A DNA stretch of 59,208 nt, the filler included. It is 5 parts of 5 records of this genome, joined end to end, with 100 filler letters (N's around TTAATTAATTAA, not from the genome) between each part and the next. Parts side by side here need not be neighbours in the genome. Positions count along the whole stretch, not along the records: positions 31,402 to 49,371 come from SRR2962707_1394; positions 49,472 to 59,208 come from SRR2962707_1396; 3 more parts are not named here. One strand, 5' to 3'. Positions 42,459-50,996 of this stretch are shown piece after piece. The position numbers were made by a program, and so were the translations under genes. A model generated the notes under the pieces. The model was not told where the DNA came from. It saw only the letters and a program-made list of their open reading frames with translations, and did not search any database. How positions within the stretch are numbered: position 1 is the stretch's first letter; each line of letters opens with the position of its first letter.

Positions 42459-43656
42459 TACAATCGAAACCTTCGTTTTCGGCAATCCACCGCCGCGCCA
42501 CGGCGGGCGGTACTTTATCTTTGTCCGGCTGACGACGGCCTGCGGCATCACCGGTGTGGGCGAAATCTATAACGCCACCTTCGGGCCCGATCTTGTTGCT
42601 GCAATGGCAGTGGACATGTTCACACGTCAATTCGAGGGCGCCGATCCCCACCACATCGAACGCCTCTGGCGGCAAAGTTATGGCGCTGGGTTCACACAGC
42701 GGCCGGACGTGACGGTTATGGGCGTGCTCAGCGGGCTTGAGATGGCCTGCTGGGACATCATCGGCAAAGCGGCCGACCAGCCCGTCCACCAACTGCTTGG
42801 CGGCAAGGTGAACGACCGGCTGCGCAGCTACACGTATCTCTATCCGCCCCAGGGCGACGTCTATCCCGAACCGGGTGCGCCCAGCGTTTATGACGATCCC
42901 GACCTTGCCGCCGAAGTAGCGGTGCAGATGGTCGACATGGGTTTTACTGCAGTAAAGTTCGACCCGGCCGGACCCTACACCGTCTACGACGGTCACCAGC
43001 CGCGGATGGAGGATCTGACCAGATCCGAAATGTTCTGCAAGCGTATCCGCGAGGCTGTGGGCGACCGCGCCGACCTGCTTTTTGGCACCCATGGGCAGTT
43101 TACGGTTTCGGGTGCAAAGCGCATGGCGCGGCGGCTCGAGGCATATGAGCCGCTCTGGTTCGAAGAACCGACAACACCCGAGAATCCCGCCGACATGGCC
43201 GAGATTGCGAGGTTCACCTCTATACCGGTCGCGGCTGGCGAACGGCTGTGCACCAAGCACGAGTTCGCCCGCCTTTTGGAGGCTGGCGCAGCCTCGATCC
43301 TGCAATTGAACCTGGGTCGCGTCGGCGGGCTGCTCGAGGCCAAAAAGATCGCGGGCATGGCCGAAACCCGACAGGCGCAGATCGCGCCGCATCTTTACTG
43401 CGGCCCCGTCGTTGCCGCCGCGAACATCCAGATCGCAGCCTGTAGCCCGAATTTCCTGATCCTTGAAAGCATAGGAACTTTCGAAGGTCCATATATGTCC
43501 TGCCTCAAGACGGACATCACATGGGAAGACGGTTATGTCATTCCATCGACCGCGCCGGGCCTTGGCGTCGAACTCGACGACGCGGCCATTGCGGCATCAC
43601 CCTATACTGGCACTGAGTTGCACCTGACGATGTCGCAACAGCCCGTCACCCCCTGA
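42448..43656 (+). CDS. Mandelate racemase/enolase superfamily enzyme
   Basis: EMACWDIIGK, KFD, WFEEP, GERL, HLYCGP. Confidence 0.88.
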   Translation: MQLDTIETFVFGNPPPRHGGRYFIFVRLTTACGITGVGEIYNATFGPDLVAAMAVDMFTRQFEGADPHHIERLWRQSYGAGFTQRPDVTVMGVLSGLEMACWDIIGKAADQPVHQLLGGKVNDRLRSYTYLYPPQGDVYPEPGAPSVYDDPDLAAEVAVQMVDMGFTAVKFDPAGPYTVYDGHQPRMEDLTRSEMFCKRIREAVGDRADLLFGTHGQFTVSGAKRMARRLEAYEPLWFEEPTTPENPADMAEIARFTSIPVAAGERLCTKHEFARLLEAGAASILQLNLGRVGGLLEAKKIAGMAETRQAQIAPHLYCGPVVAAANIQIAACSPNFLILESIGTFEGPYMSCLKTDITWEDGYVIPSTAPGLGVELDDAAIAASPYTGTELHLTMSQQPVTP

Positions 43657-43674
43657 CAGACAAAGAGGACCGAC

Positions 43675-45105
43675 ATGCAAACGCTCGACAAATTCTATAT
43701 CGGCGGCGAATGGGTGACCCCACAAGGCACCACGACGATGCCGATCAAGAACCCCGCCAGCAACAGCCAGATCGGCACGCTGACCCTTGGCAATGGTGCC
43801 GATGTGGACCGTGCAGTCGCCGCTGCCAATACCGCATTTGAAAGCTTCTCTCAAACCACGAAAGAGGAACGTCTTGCGCTGTTGCGGAAACTGCTTGAGG
43901 TGACAAAGCGCCGTCAGGGTGACCTGGCCCGAGCGATGACCGCCGAAATGGGCGCACCTGCCACCATGTCCCATGATGTCCAGGCCCAAAGCGGTGTGGG
44001 GCACCTGATGTCCTTTATCGAGGCGCTGGAAGAACTTGTCGAACAAGAGACCCTGTCCAATGGCGATATCGTAACCCGCGAACCCATCGGCGTCGTCGGC
44101 ATGATCACGCCGTGGAACTGGCCGGTCAATCAGATCGCGCTCAAGGTCATTCCCGCACTGGCGACCGGCGCGACCTGCGTGCTCAAGCCATCGGAATACA
44201 CACCTTTGTCGGCCAATATCTACGCGGAAATCGTACACGAGGCGGGTTATCCCGCGGGCGTTTTCAATTTGATCTATGGTGACGGTCCCACCGTTGGCGC
44301 GGCCATGTCCGCACATCCCGACGTGGCGATGGTATCCTTTACCGGATCGACTCGCGCGGGTGTCGAGGTGTCCCGCGCTGCGGCCCCTGGAATCAAACGG
44401 GTGACGCTGGAACTGGGGGGGAAATCACCAAACCTCGTCTTTGCCGACTGCGATCTGGAATCGCGCATCGCCGAAGGCGTGGCCGAATGTTTCGACAACA
44501 CCGGCCAATCCTGCAACGCCCCGACGCGGATGTTGGTCGAACGCGCGTGCTATGATCGCGCGCAAGAGCTGGCCAAGGCCGCAGCCGAGGCGCAAAAGGT
44601 CGATGATCCGACCAAGGGGGGTGACCATATCGGACCGCTCTTCGACGAAATTCAGTATGACCGCGTTCAGACGATGATTCAGACCGGCATAGATGAGGGT
44701 GCCACCCTGCTGGCTGGTGGCCTGGGCAAACCAGAAGGCTTGGAACAGGGTTGGTACGTGCGCCCCACCATCTTTGCCGATGTGAACAACGAAATGGCGA
44801 TCGCAAGAGAAGAGATTTTTGGGCCGGTGCTGGTAATGATTCCCTTCGACACAGAAGAAGAGGCCATCGCCATCGCCAATGACACGGAATACGGCCTTGC
44901 CGCCTTTGTGCAAACCGGGAATGAGGCGCGCGCGCGTCGGGTTGCCAGCCGCCTGCGCGCCGGCGTGATCGCCATCAACGGGCGTGGAACGGACTACGGC
45001 TCGCCTTTTGGCGGTTACAAGAAATCCGGCATTGGTCGTGAAGGCGGTATCTTCGGCCTAGAAGATTTCCTGGAAATCAAGGTCTGCGCCCCCTTCGTGG
45101 CCTGA
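43675..45105 (+). CDS. Aldehyde dehydrogenase
   Basis: ITPWNWP, FTGST, ELGGKS, GQSC, EEIFGPV. Confidence 0.92.
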   Translation: MQTLDKFYIGGEWVTPQGTTTMPIKNPASNSQIGTLTLGNGADVDRAVAAANTAFESFSQTTKEERLALLRKLLEVTKRRQGDLARAMTAEMGAPATMSHDVQAQSGVGHLMSFIEALEELVEQETLSNGDIVTREPIGVVGMITPWNWPVNQIALKVIPALATGATCVLKPSEYTPLSANIYAEIVHEAGYPAGVFNLIYGDGPTVGAAMSAHPDVAMVSFTGSTRAGVEVSRAAAPGIKRVTLELGGKSPNLVFADCDLESRIAEGVAECFDNTGQSCNAPTRMLVERACYDRAQELAKAAAEAQKVDDPTKGGDHIGPLFDEIQYDRVQTMIQTGIDEGATLLAGGLGKPEGLEQGWYVRPTIFADVNNEMAIAREEIFGPVLVMIPFDTEEEAIAIANDTEYGLAAFVQTGNEARARRVASRLRAGVIAINGRGTDYGSPFGGYKKSGIGREGGIFGLEDFLEIKVCAPFVA

Positions 45106-45338
45106 CCCCGCCCCTCGAAGCTGCCCTTAGGGTGCCGTGGCACGCAACGCAGCGCGCTCCACGGCCCCCTACCCGTTGACCAACCCGTCAGGTTTATGGT
45201 CACAAGCCGGCCAGCTCATCACCGGTATGGATACGGCGCTGATCCCCGACAACGCCAAAGCCGCGAATAGGCTCGATCATGCCCCCAAACGCCTTTCCGT
45301 ACACGCGCTAACTATCGCCACCGGCACCTAGCGCGGAC

Positions 45339-45377
45339 AAAAAAACCCTGCACCACAGGATCGTGGTGCAGGGTTTT
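45339..45377 (-). terminator. Intrinsic terminator (likely bidirectional)
   Basis: AAAACCCTGCACCAC-N6-GTGGTGCAGGGTTTT 15-bp stem with T-tract on the minus strand. Confidence 0.85.
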
Positions 45378-45397
45378 GCTTTGGCTATTTCGCGAAA

Positions 45398-46549
45398 TCA
45401 GGCGCTTTGCTGGGTCGCCTCTTCGCATACCAGTCCAGTGTGGCCCTTCTGCGCCAGAACGCGATAGGTCGATCGCAACGCACCACGATCAGAATAGCAC
45501 CCGCGCAGGTGGCGCTTGCCACTGTCTGCGACATATCCTTCGCGGCCATGCACGATACGGTGGTTGTCAAATATCACGCAATTCCCCGCGGTCGAACGGA
45601 AGCGCACGAGAAAGCGTTCCTCCTGCATCATCTTCAGAAACTTGATGAAGGCAGGATAATAGCTGTCCAGAAGATCCTGCGGCAGGTCCATCGTATCCAG
45701 CAAGTGCTGAGAGGTGGTAACACCCGTCACGCGCCCATCGGGATCAGTTTCGATCACGCGCTGGTGGGCGCGATAGTCCCAGTTATCGTGACGGTAAAAG
45801 AACGGGATCTTGTTATCGGCCAGCAGGCGGAACGCCTCGGGATCTTCTTCCCGCAGCGCCTCGGCGACGGCGGCACCATCCAGGAACAGCGACAGGCCGC
45901 CCTCGACTGTGTTTTCGATGCAATGCAGGAATTGCACGCCGGGGGCAGCCTCTTCTCCGGGCAGATCGGTGTGCATTTCAAGCGGCCCGGCGGTGAAGGC
46001 CAGGTTCGTCGGTTTGATTTCGACGCGGACGTCAAAAAACAGCCCCTCTGCCGATGGGGTGATCGGGCCGATGGCGTTGACTAGGCGCGGCAGGCTGTCC
46101 TCATCGCTGGCCATATCTGTGACGATGGCGATACCGTCTTCGATCAGTGCACGCGTCAGCTGCGCACGGGCATCGGGATCTGTCAGCACGTCCTGCTGCG
46201 CAACGCGCACAAAACGTGTCCCTTTGTCGGCGTACCACAGATTGCGTGGCAGATCGGCCGGGTCTTCGCCACGCCCACCCCCCGCAAAACTCTCAAGCAG
46301 CGCCAGCGGGATACGGCTGATCTGCGTCTCTGTCGCCCAATCGATGATCAGCGTTGCGTCTTCGATCCGCGCGGCTTTGGCACGCGGCAAATCACGCAAC
46401 GACGCCACGTCAAAGATGCGTTCACGGGTCTGCGCGTCGATGCAACTGTCGCATGCGTCGCGCAGCCAGCAATAGTTGAAATAAGCCTCTCCCGAAGAAA
46501 GGAGAACGGTCAGGCCGGTATCGGTCAAGGTGATTTGTGTCATGTTCAT
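45398..46549 (-). CDS. Fe(II)/2-oxoglutarate dioxygenase, gamma-butyrobetaine hydroxylase-like
   Basis: N-terminal WLRDACDSC domain, HTD and DNHRIVHGR facial-triad motifs, RHLRGCY. Confidence 0.85.
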   Translation of the reverse strand: MNMTQITLTDTGLTVLLSSGEAYFNYCWLRDACDSCIDAQTRERIFDVASLRDLPRAKAARIEDATLIIDWATETQISRIPLALLESFAGGGRGEDPADLPRNLWYADKGTRFVRVAQQDVLTDPDARAQLTRALIEDGIAIVTDMASDEDSLPRLVNAIGPITPSAEGLFFDVRVEIKPTNLAFTAGPLEMHTDLPGEEAAPGVQFLHCIENTVEGGLSLFLDGAAVAEALREEDPEAFRLLADNKIPFFYRHDNWDYRAHQRVIETDPDGRVTGVTTSQHLLDTMDLPQDLLDSYYPAFIKFLKMMQEERFLVRFRSTAGNCVIFDNHRIVHGREGYVADSGKRHLRGCYSDRGALRSTYRVLAQKGHTGLVCEEATQQSA

Positions 46550-46565
46550 GCTCTGCTGCTGGCGT

Positions 46566-47327
46566 TCAGGTGGCGTAGTCGGAGGAATCATGGTCGAGAA
46601 TTTTGCGGATCGCCGAGAGATGGGCCTCGGCCTGCCCCGGATAATCGTCCAGTTCCCGCGCGGTCTTTTCGGCGATGTCGTGCGGGATAACGCGCAGCGG
46701 TCGCCCAGTCTGGAGCGCGCGGATATAGGTCTCGGCCGCGCGTTCGAAATAATAAAGTCGGTTGAAGGCATCGCCGACACTGTCGCCCAGCACCAAAACG
46801 CCATGGTTGCCCATGACCATCACCTTCTTTGATGGATCTGACAGCATCGTGGCGCAGCGCTCGCCTTCATCTTCAAAGGCCAATCCGCCAAACTGTTCGT
46901 CGATCACCACACGGTCATAAAAGGTGGCAGTGTTCTGATCGATCGGCGGCAGCGTGCTGTCCGCGAGTGAGGCAAGAACAGTCGAAAAGATCGAATGGGC
47001 GTGCATCACACAGCGTGCATGCGGGCAGCGCCGGTGGACCGCGCCATGCAAGCCCCACGCGGTGGGGTCGGGCGCGTCGGGCCGGTTCAGCGCGTCCGGA
47101 TCATTGGCGTCCAGCAACAACAGTTCCGACGCCCGGATGCGCGAAAAATGCGCCTGATTTGGGTTGATCAGGAACTGCGTGCCATCCTCGTTCACCGCAA
47201 GGCTGAAGTGGTTGGCAACCGCCTCGTGCATATTCAGGCGCGCGGTCCAGCGAAAGACGGCGGCAAGATCGGAACGTTCCTGCCAGTGATCCATGTTCGG
47301 CGCAACATGCGCAATCATGCCCATCAC
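46566..47327 (-). CDS. Class II aldolase/adducin family protein
   Basis: HEAVANHFS, HAHS, GNHG metal-binding motifs. Confidence 0.85.
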   Translation of the reverse strand: MMGMIAHVAPNMDHWQERSDLAAVFRWTARLNMHEAVANHFSLAVNEDGTQFLINPNQAHFSRIRASELLLLDANDPDALNRPDAPDPTAWGLHGAVHRRCPHARCVMHAHSIFSTVLASLADSTLPPIDQNTATFYDRVVIDEQFGGLAFEDEGERCATMLSDPSKKVMVMGNHGVLVLGDSVGDAFNRLYYFERAAETYIRALQTGRPLRVIPHDIAEKTARELDDYPGQAEAHLSAIRKILDHDSSDYAT

Positions 47328-48292
47328 TCCGCCGCGACGGGTCGTGCTGTCCCGGGAGGGAAAACTTCATAGCCCCGCTCTTCAGGTTCGTCGTCGATCA
47401 ATTCGGCAGGGAACCCCTCTGCCAAGATCGACAGGCCAGTGGCTTCTTCGAGGCGACAGATGATATCGTCGCTGTTGGCACGTTCGCCGTACCGTTTCTG
47501 GCCGTCCTTCATGATATCGATCACCAGCGGCGACAGTTCCAGCGGCACATTGTTTCGTTCCGCGATTGTCTGGAAAAGACCGATATCCTTAAGGATCAGA
47601 TCCATTGTAAAATTCACATCCCGCGATCCGTTCAGGATCAGCTGGCTTTCCGTTTCGTGCACAAAGCTGGTGCCAGAGGATATCTTGATGGCCTCATAGG
47701 TGGTGGCAAGATCCATGCCCGCAGCCTTCATAGTGACCATCGCCTCACAGCAACTCAGCAGGTTGATCGTGGCGAGGTAGTTGGTCATCACTTTCAACGT
47801 CGATGCCGACCCCACCGCACCGGTGTGCAGAACACGGCGTCCAAGGCGGGTCAAAATCGGTAGAACCCGTTCGAACGTTTCACGCTCACAGCCCGCAAAG
47901 ATCGAAATGTTACCCGTGTCCGCGCGATGACACCCGCCCGACACCGGGCAGTCGACGGCAGTACCGCCCTTTTCTTCGACCAGTGCGGCAAGACGACGTA
48001 TCTCAGCCTCGTCCGTGGTGGACATCTCCAGCCAGATTTTGCCGGGACCAACCTCAGGCAGCATTTCGGCCATCACGGCTGCCGAGGCTGCGGGCGATGG
48101 CAGGCACGTGATAACCACGTCACAATCGCGCATCAGGGCGGCGGCGTTGTCCGCCGCGCGGGCCCCGCGCGCGGTAAAGTTTGCAACCAGCTCTGCCTTT
48201 TGATCGAGCACGGTCAAATCGAAGCCGTTTCTCAGAACGCTCCCCGCCAGTTTGCTGCCTACGTTCCCCAGGCCGATAAATCCGACTTTCAT
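47324..48292 (-). CDS. NAD(P)-dependent beta-hydroxyacid dehydrogenase (HIBADH family)
   Basis: GFIGLGNVG, EMST, DCPVSGG, LKVMTNYL, KDIGL. Confidence 0.88.
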   Translation of the reverse strand: MKVGFIGLGNVGSKLAGSVLRNGFDLTVLDQKAELVANFTARGARAADNAAALMRDCDVVITCLPSPAASAAVMAEMLPEVGPGKIWLEMSTTDEAEIRRLAALVEEKGGTAVDCPVSGGCHRADTGNISIFAGCERETFERVLPILTRLGRRVLHTGAVGSASTLKVMTNYLATINLLSCCEAMVTMKAAGMDLATTYEAIKISSGTSFVHETESQLILNGSRDVNFTMDLILKDIGLFQTIAERNNVPLELSPLVIDIMKDGQKRYGERANSDDIICRLEEATGLSILAEGFPAELIDDEPEERGYEVFPPGTARPVAAE

Positions 48293-48677
48293 GTCTTGCT
48301 CCGATGCGTCGATTACGTTGCCCGGTAAAATGCCAAGATTCGCCGTTCCTGAGAAACGATGCGATTGAACGCTCAGGGCTAATTCCGATTGAACCGGTCA
48401 CTGACCGCGCGTTGTCGACTGGCTTGTGGTGCCCATCAGTTGGTGGCCGTTCACGGCAGACAGAACGAAACAACCTGCGGGCTTTGCTGTCGGCTGTGGG
48501 TCAGCGACGAAGCGCGAACGCGACCCTCCGGGCCTGGACCGGACGCAACGCTGAAGCCATGGCCGAACTGGTTGTCACCGAGACGGTCGAAAGAGGTCTG
48601 AAGTCGCTACTGGGGCCGGCCCGTCTGGTCGAGGCACCCAGCGACGAGTATGTGCCTGACGCAGCGGTCTTGGAGGA

Positions 48678-49021
48678 GAGGTAGACCTCCTCGTATTTGA
48701 TGGTCCGCCAGAGGCGCTCTACTAAGACGTTGTCGCGCCGGGCTCCCTTGCCGTCCATGCTGATCTTGATTTTGCGGCTCGCCAGCACCTTGATGAAGTC
48801 GGCCGAGGTGAACTGGCTGCCCTGAACGTCGAAATCCTGCGCCAACTCGATCAGCGTCTTCTCGCCCTTGATCGCGGCCACCGCCACTTTCGCCTTGAAT
48901 GCCGGGCTGTGGTTCCGGCGTGGTCGTCTTGCCATGGTCTTCTCTTCGCTCGCAGCATCATGCTGCTGTTGCGCGGAAAATCCACCTATCCCGGCTGTTC
49001 ATATTTCCGGAACCACCTCTA
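48678..49021 (-). mobile_element. Internally deleted IS3-family remnant
   Basis: OrfA N-terminus (RRPRRNHSPAFKAKVA...ELAQDFDV) fused in frame to an OrfB core piece (QGSQFTS...SMDGKG...DNVLVERLWRTIKYEEVYL). Confidence 0.85.
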
Positions 49022-49307
49022 CCTGCCGCGTGACTTTGGAAAAAGAGACTCATTATCAAAGACTTGCGGAATCTTTTTCGACAAGTGCAACGGCGCGGGA
49101 ACGCAACTCAACAGGATGCGGTCTACCCATCTTTGCCTCATCAGAACGGAATCACAAGAAGAGCGCCTTGAGAATCCCGAATGCAATCAGGGCCGGTGCG
49201 CTCTAAGCAAGTGAACACAAGTCTGAAGTTTGGATCTTCCCAACTCAAGCGCCCATCACTTTTAAAATGGTGGACAAAATGGGGGGAAAGCTCGCGTAAG
49301 AAACGGT

Positions 49308-49320
49308 TAAGTACTTGATT
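49308..49320 (-). promoter_or_regulatory. IHF-binding consensus next to tRNA 3' end
   Basis: Minus strand AATCAAGTACTTA matches WATCAANNNNTTR exactly. Confidence 0.6.
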
Positions 49321-49343
49321 AAAAGTGAATATTCCCGGTGTAG

Positions 49344-49371
49344 TGGCGGAGAGGAAGGGATTCGAACCCTC
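49344..49371 (-). tRNA. tRNA 3' end (probably tRNA-Ser), truncated by contig break
   Basis: Minus strand GAGGGTTCGAATCCCTTCCTCTCCGCCA: T-arm, acceptor strand, G discriminator and CCA; anticodon not visible. Confidence 0.75.
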
Positions 49372-49471
49372 NNNNNNNNNNNNNNNNNNNNNNNNNNNNN
49401 NNNNNNNNNNNNNNNTTAATTAATTAANNNNNNNNNNNNNNNNNNNNNNNNNNNNNNNNNNNNNNNNNNNN
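49372..49471. other. Artificial contig linker
   Basis: 44 N + TTAATTAATTAA + 44 N. Confidence 0.98.
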
Positions 49472-49586
49472 GTATTCACGGCGATCCCGGAAGGCCTCCG
49501 TACAGACCCGAGCCCCCGATGAAGGCACTCAGTCCCGTTATTCCGTGATGAATCTTTCTTTTTATTGACATCAGTCACGTGACACG

Positions 49587-49694
49587 ATGCAAATAATTTT
49601 AACCTTCACCGACAAACGAACCCGGGGACATTGTTAACGCAGTCGCCAGGAACAACACGCCATACGCATCAACGAATCAGGGGAGGCCTCATGA
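49587..49694 (+). pseudogene. higB: Decayed higB (RelE-like) toxin remnant
   Basis: One frame reads MQIILTFTDKRTRGHC*RSRQEQHAIRINESGEAS*, keeping the HigB N-terminal (I.TF.DKRT) and R..QH.IRIN motifs. Confidence 0.65.
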
Positions 49695-50005
49695 CGCCGG
49701 AAAGCTTGTCGGGCCTGGAACGCCGTCCCACCCATCCTGGCGAGATGCTGCGCGAGGATTTCATGTCCGATTACCAGCTCACCGTGACCCGCCTGGCCAC
49801 GGCGGTGGGTGTGTCCCGTCAGTCCATCAATGAGCTGCTGCGGGAACGGCGCGCGCTGAGCCCGGAAATGGCGCTGCGACTGGCGCGCCTGTTCGGCAAC
49901 TCACCGGAGTTCTGGCTCAACGCCCAGCGCGCGGTGGATTTATGGGATGCGGCCAAAGCCATTGGCAAAGAGCTCGCGCGGATCAAGCCATTGAGTGCGG
50001 CCTGA
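49691..50005 (+). CDS. higA: HigA family antitoxin (XRE HTH)
   Basis: PTHPGEMLREDF, SPEMALRLARLFGNSPEFWLNAQ; GGAGG RBS. Confidence 0.92.
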   Translation: MTPESLSGLERRPTHPGEMLREDFMSDYQLTVTRLATAVGVSRQSINELLRERRALSPEMALRLARLFGNSPEFWLNAQRAVDLWDAAKAIGKELARIKPLSAA

Positions 50006-50050
50006 TTCGCCACGAGAGCAGACGCCATGAGCGGCGGGCTATAAAGAGTA

Positions 50051-50077
50051 AAGAAAAGCCCCGCCGAAGCGGGGCTT
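50051..50077 (-). terminator. Intrinsic terminator after pirin
   Basis: Minus strand AAGCCCCGC-TTCG-GCGGGGCTTTTCTTT. Confidence 0.8.
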
Positions 50078-50089
50078 GGAGCATTGGCC

Positions 50090-50944
50090 TCAGGCCGGTT
50101 CGGTAAGGGTCCCGTTGCGATAATCCTGCAGGGCCTGCTCCAGCTCCTCCTGCGTGTTCATCACAAAGGGGCCGTACTGGGCCACCGGCTCACCCAGCGG
50201 GCGGCCCGCCAACAGCAGCAACCGGGCACCGTCCCGTCCGGCGGCCAGGGTGACCCGGTCACCGTCAGTGAGTACCGCCACATGGTCCACCGCCACCGTC
50301 TCTTCCGCCACCGTCACCGCGCCTTCGAACAGATACAGGAAAGCGTTGTAGCCCGGCGTCAGCGGTACCGAGACGCTCTCGCCGGGGCGCAAGATCACAT
50401 CCAGGTAGAGCGGGTCGGTACTGCCGCCATGCACCGGCGCGGTGAGTGACGCACCGGCAAGGTCCACTTTCCCGGCAATCGCCTTGATCTGCCCGCCAGT
50501 CGGCAGATCCAGCCGTGGTATTTCGCGATCCTGGATATCGCGGTAGCCGGCGGGTTTCATTTTTTCCGCCGCCGGCAGATTGATCCACAACTGGAACCCG
50601 CGCAGCAAACCGTCTTCCTGCTGGGGCATTTCCTCGTGGATGATGCCTCGGCCGGCGGTCATCCACTGCACACCGCCCTGTTGCAGATCACCCTCGTTAC
50701 CCAGGTGATCGCGGTGGCGCATGTGACCTTCCACCAGGTAGGTGACGGTCTCGAATCCCCGATGAGGGTGGGGCGGAAAACCGGCAATGTAGTCGTCCGG
50801 GTTATCAGAGGAGAACGCATCCAGCATCAGGAACGGATCCAGACGCACCGCCGGGTTTTGACCCAGGGCGCGCTTGAGCCGCACGCCGGCGCCGTCAGAG
50901 GTTTCCATGGCCCGGATGGTATGCAGCACTTGTCTGTCTTTCAT
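50090..50944 (-). CDS. Pirin family protein
   Basis: DPFLMLD, HPHRGFETVTY, WMTAGRGIIHEE, QLWINLP, GPFVMN. Confidence 0.93.
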   Translation of the reverse strand: MKDRQVLHTIRAMETSDGAGVRLKRALGQNPAVRLDPFLMLDAFSSDNPDDYIAGFPPHPHRGFETVTYLVEGHMRHRDHLGNEGDLQQGGVQWMTAGRGIIHEEMPQQEDGLLRGFQLWINLPAAEKMKPAGYRDIQDREIPRLDLPTGGQIKAIAGKVDLAGASLTAPVHGGSTDPLYLDVILRPGESVSVPLTPGYNAFLYLFEGAVTVAEETVAVDHVAVLTDGDRVTLAAGRDGARLLLLAGRPLGEPVAQYGPFVMNTQEELEQALQDYRNGTLTEPA

Positions 50945-50996
50945 GTTTCCTCCTCGCCCCTCGGGGCTGTGAAGAGCCTGTTCATGACGCCCAGGA

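Noticed and set aside
45137..45331. 64-aa ORF containing LIPDNAKAA, reminiscent of an IS21 transposase motif
   Set aside because: Match is too short, with no flanking similarity or inverted repeats
48304..48684. 126-aa ORF beside the IS3 remnant
   Set aside because: Could be a gene fragment, but no family is recognisable
49472..49552. Structured-looking contig start (GTATTCACGG...CCGTGATGAATC), possible ncRNA or REP/MITE end
   Set aside because: Truncated, single copy in the window and no family recognised; needs an Rfam search and a genome-wide repeat search
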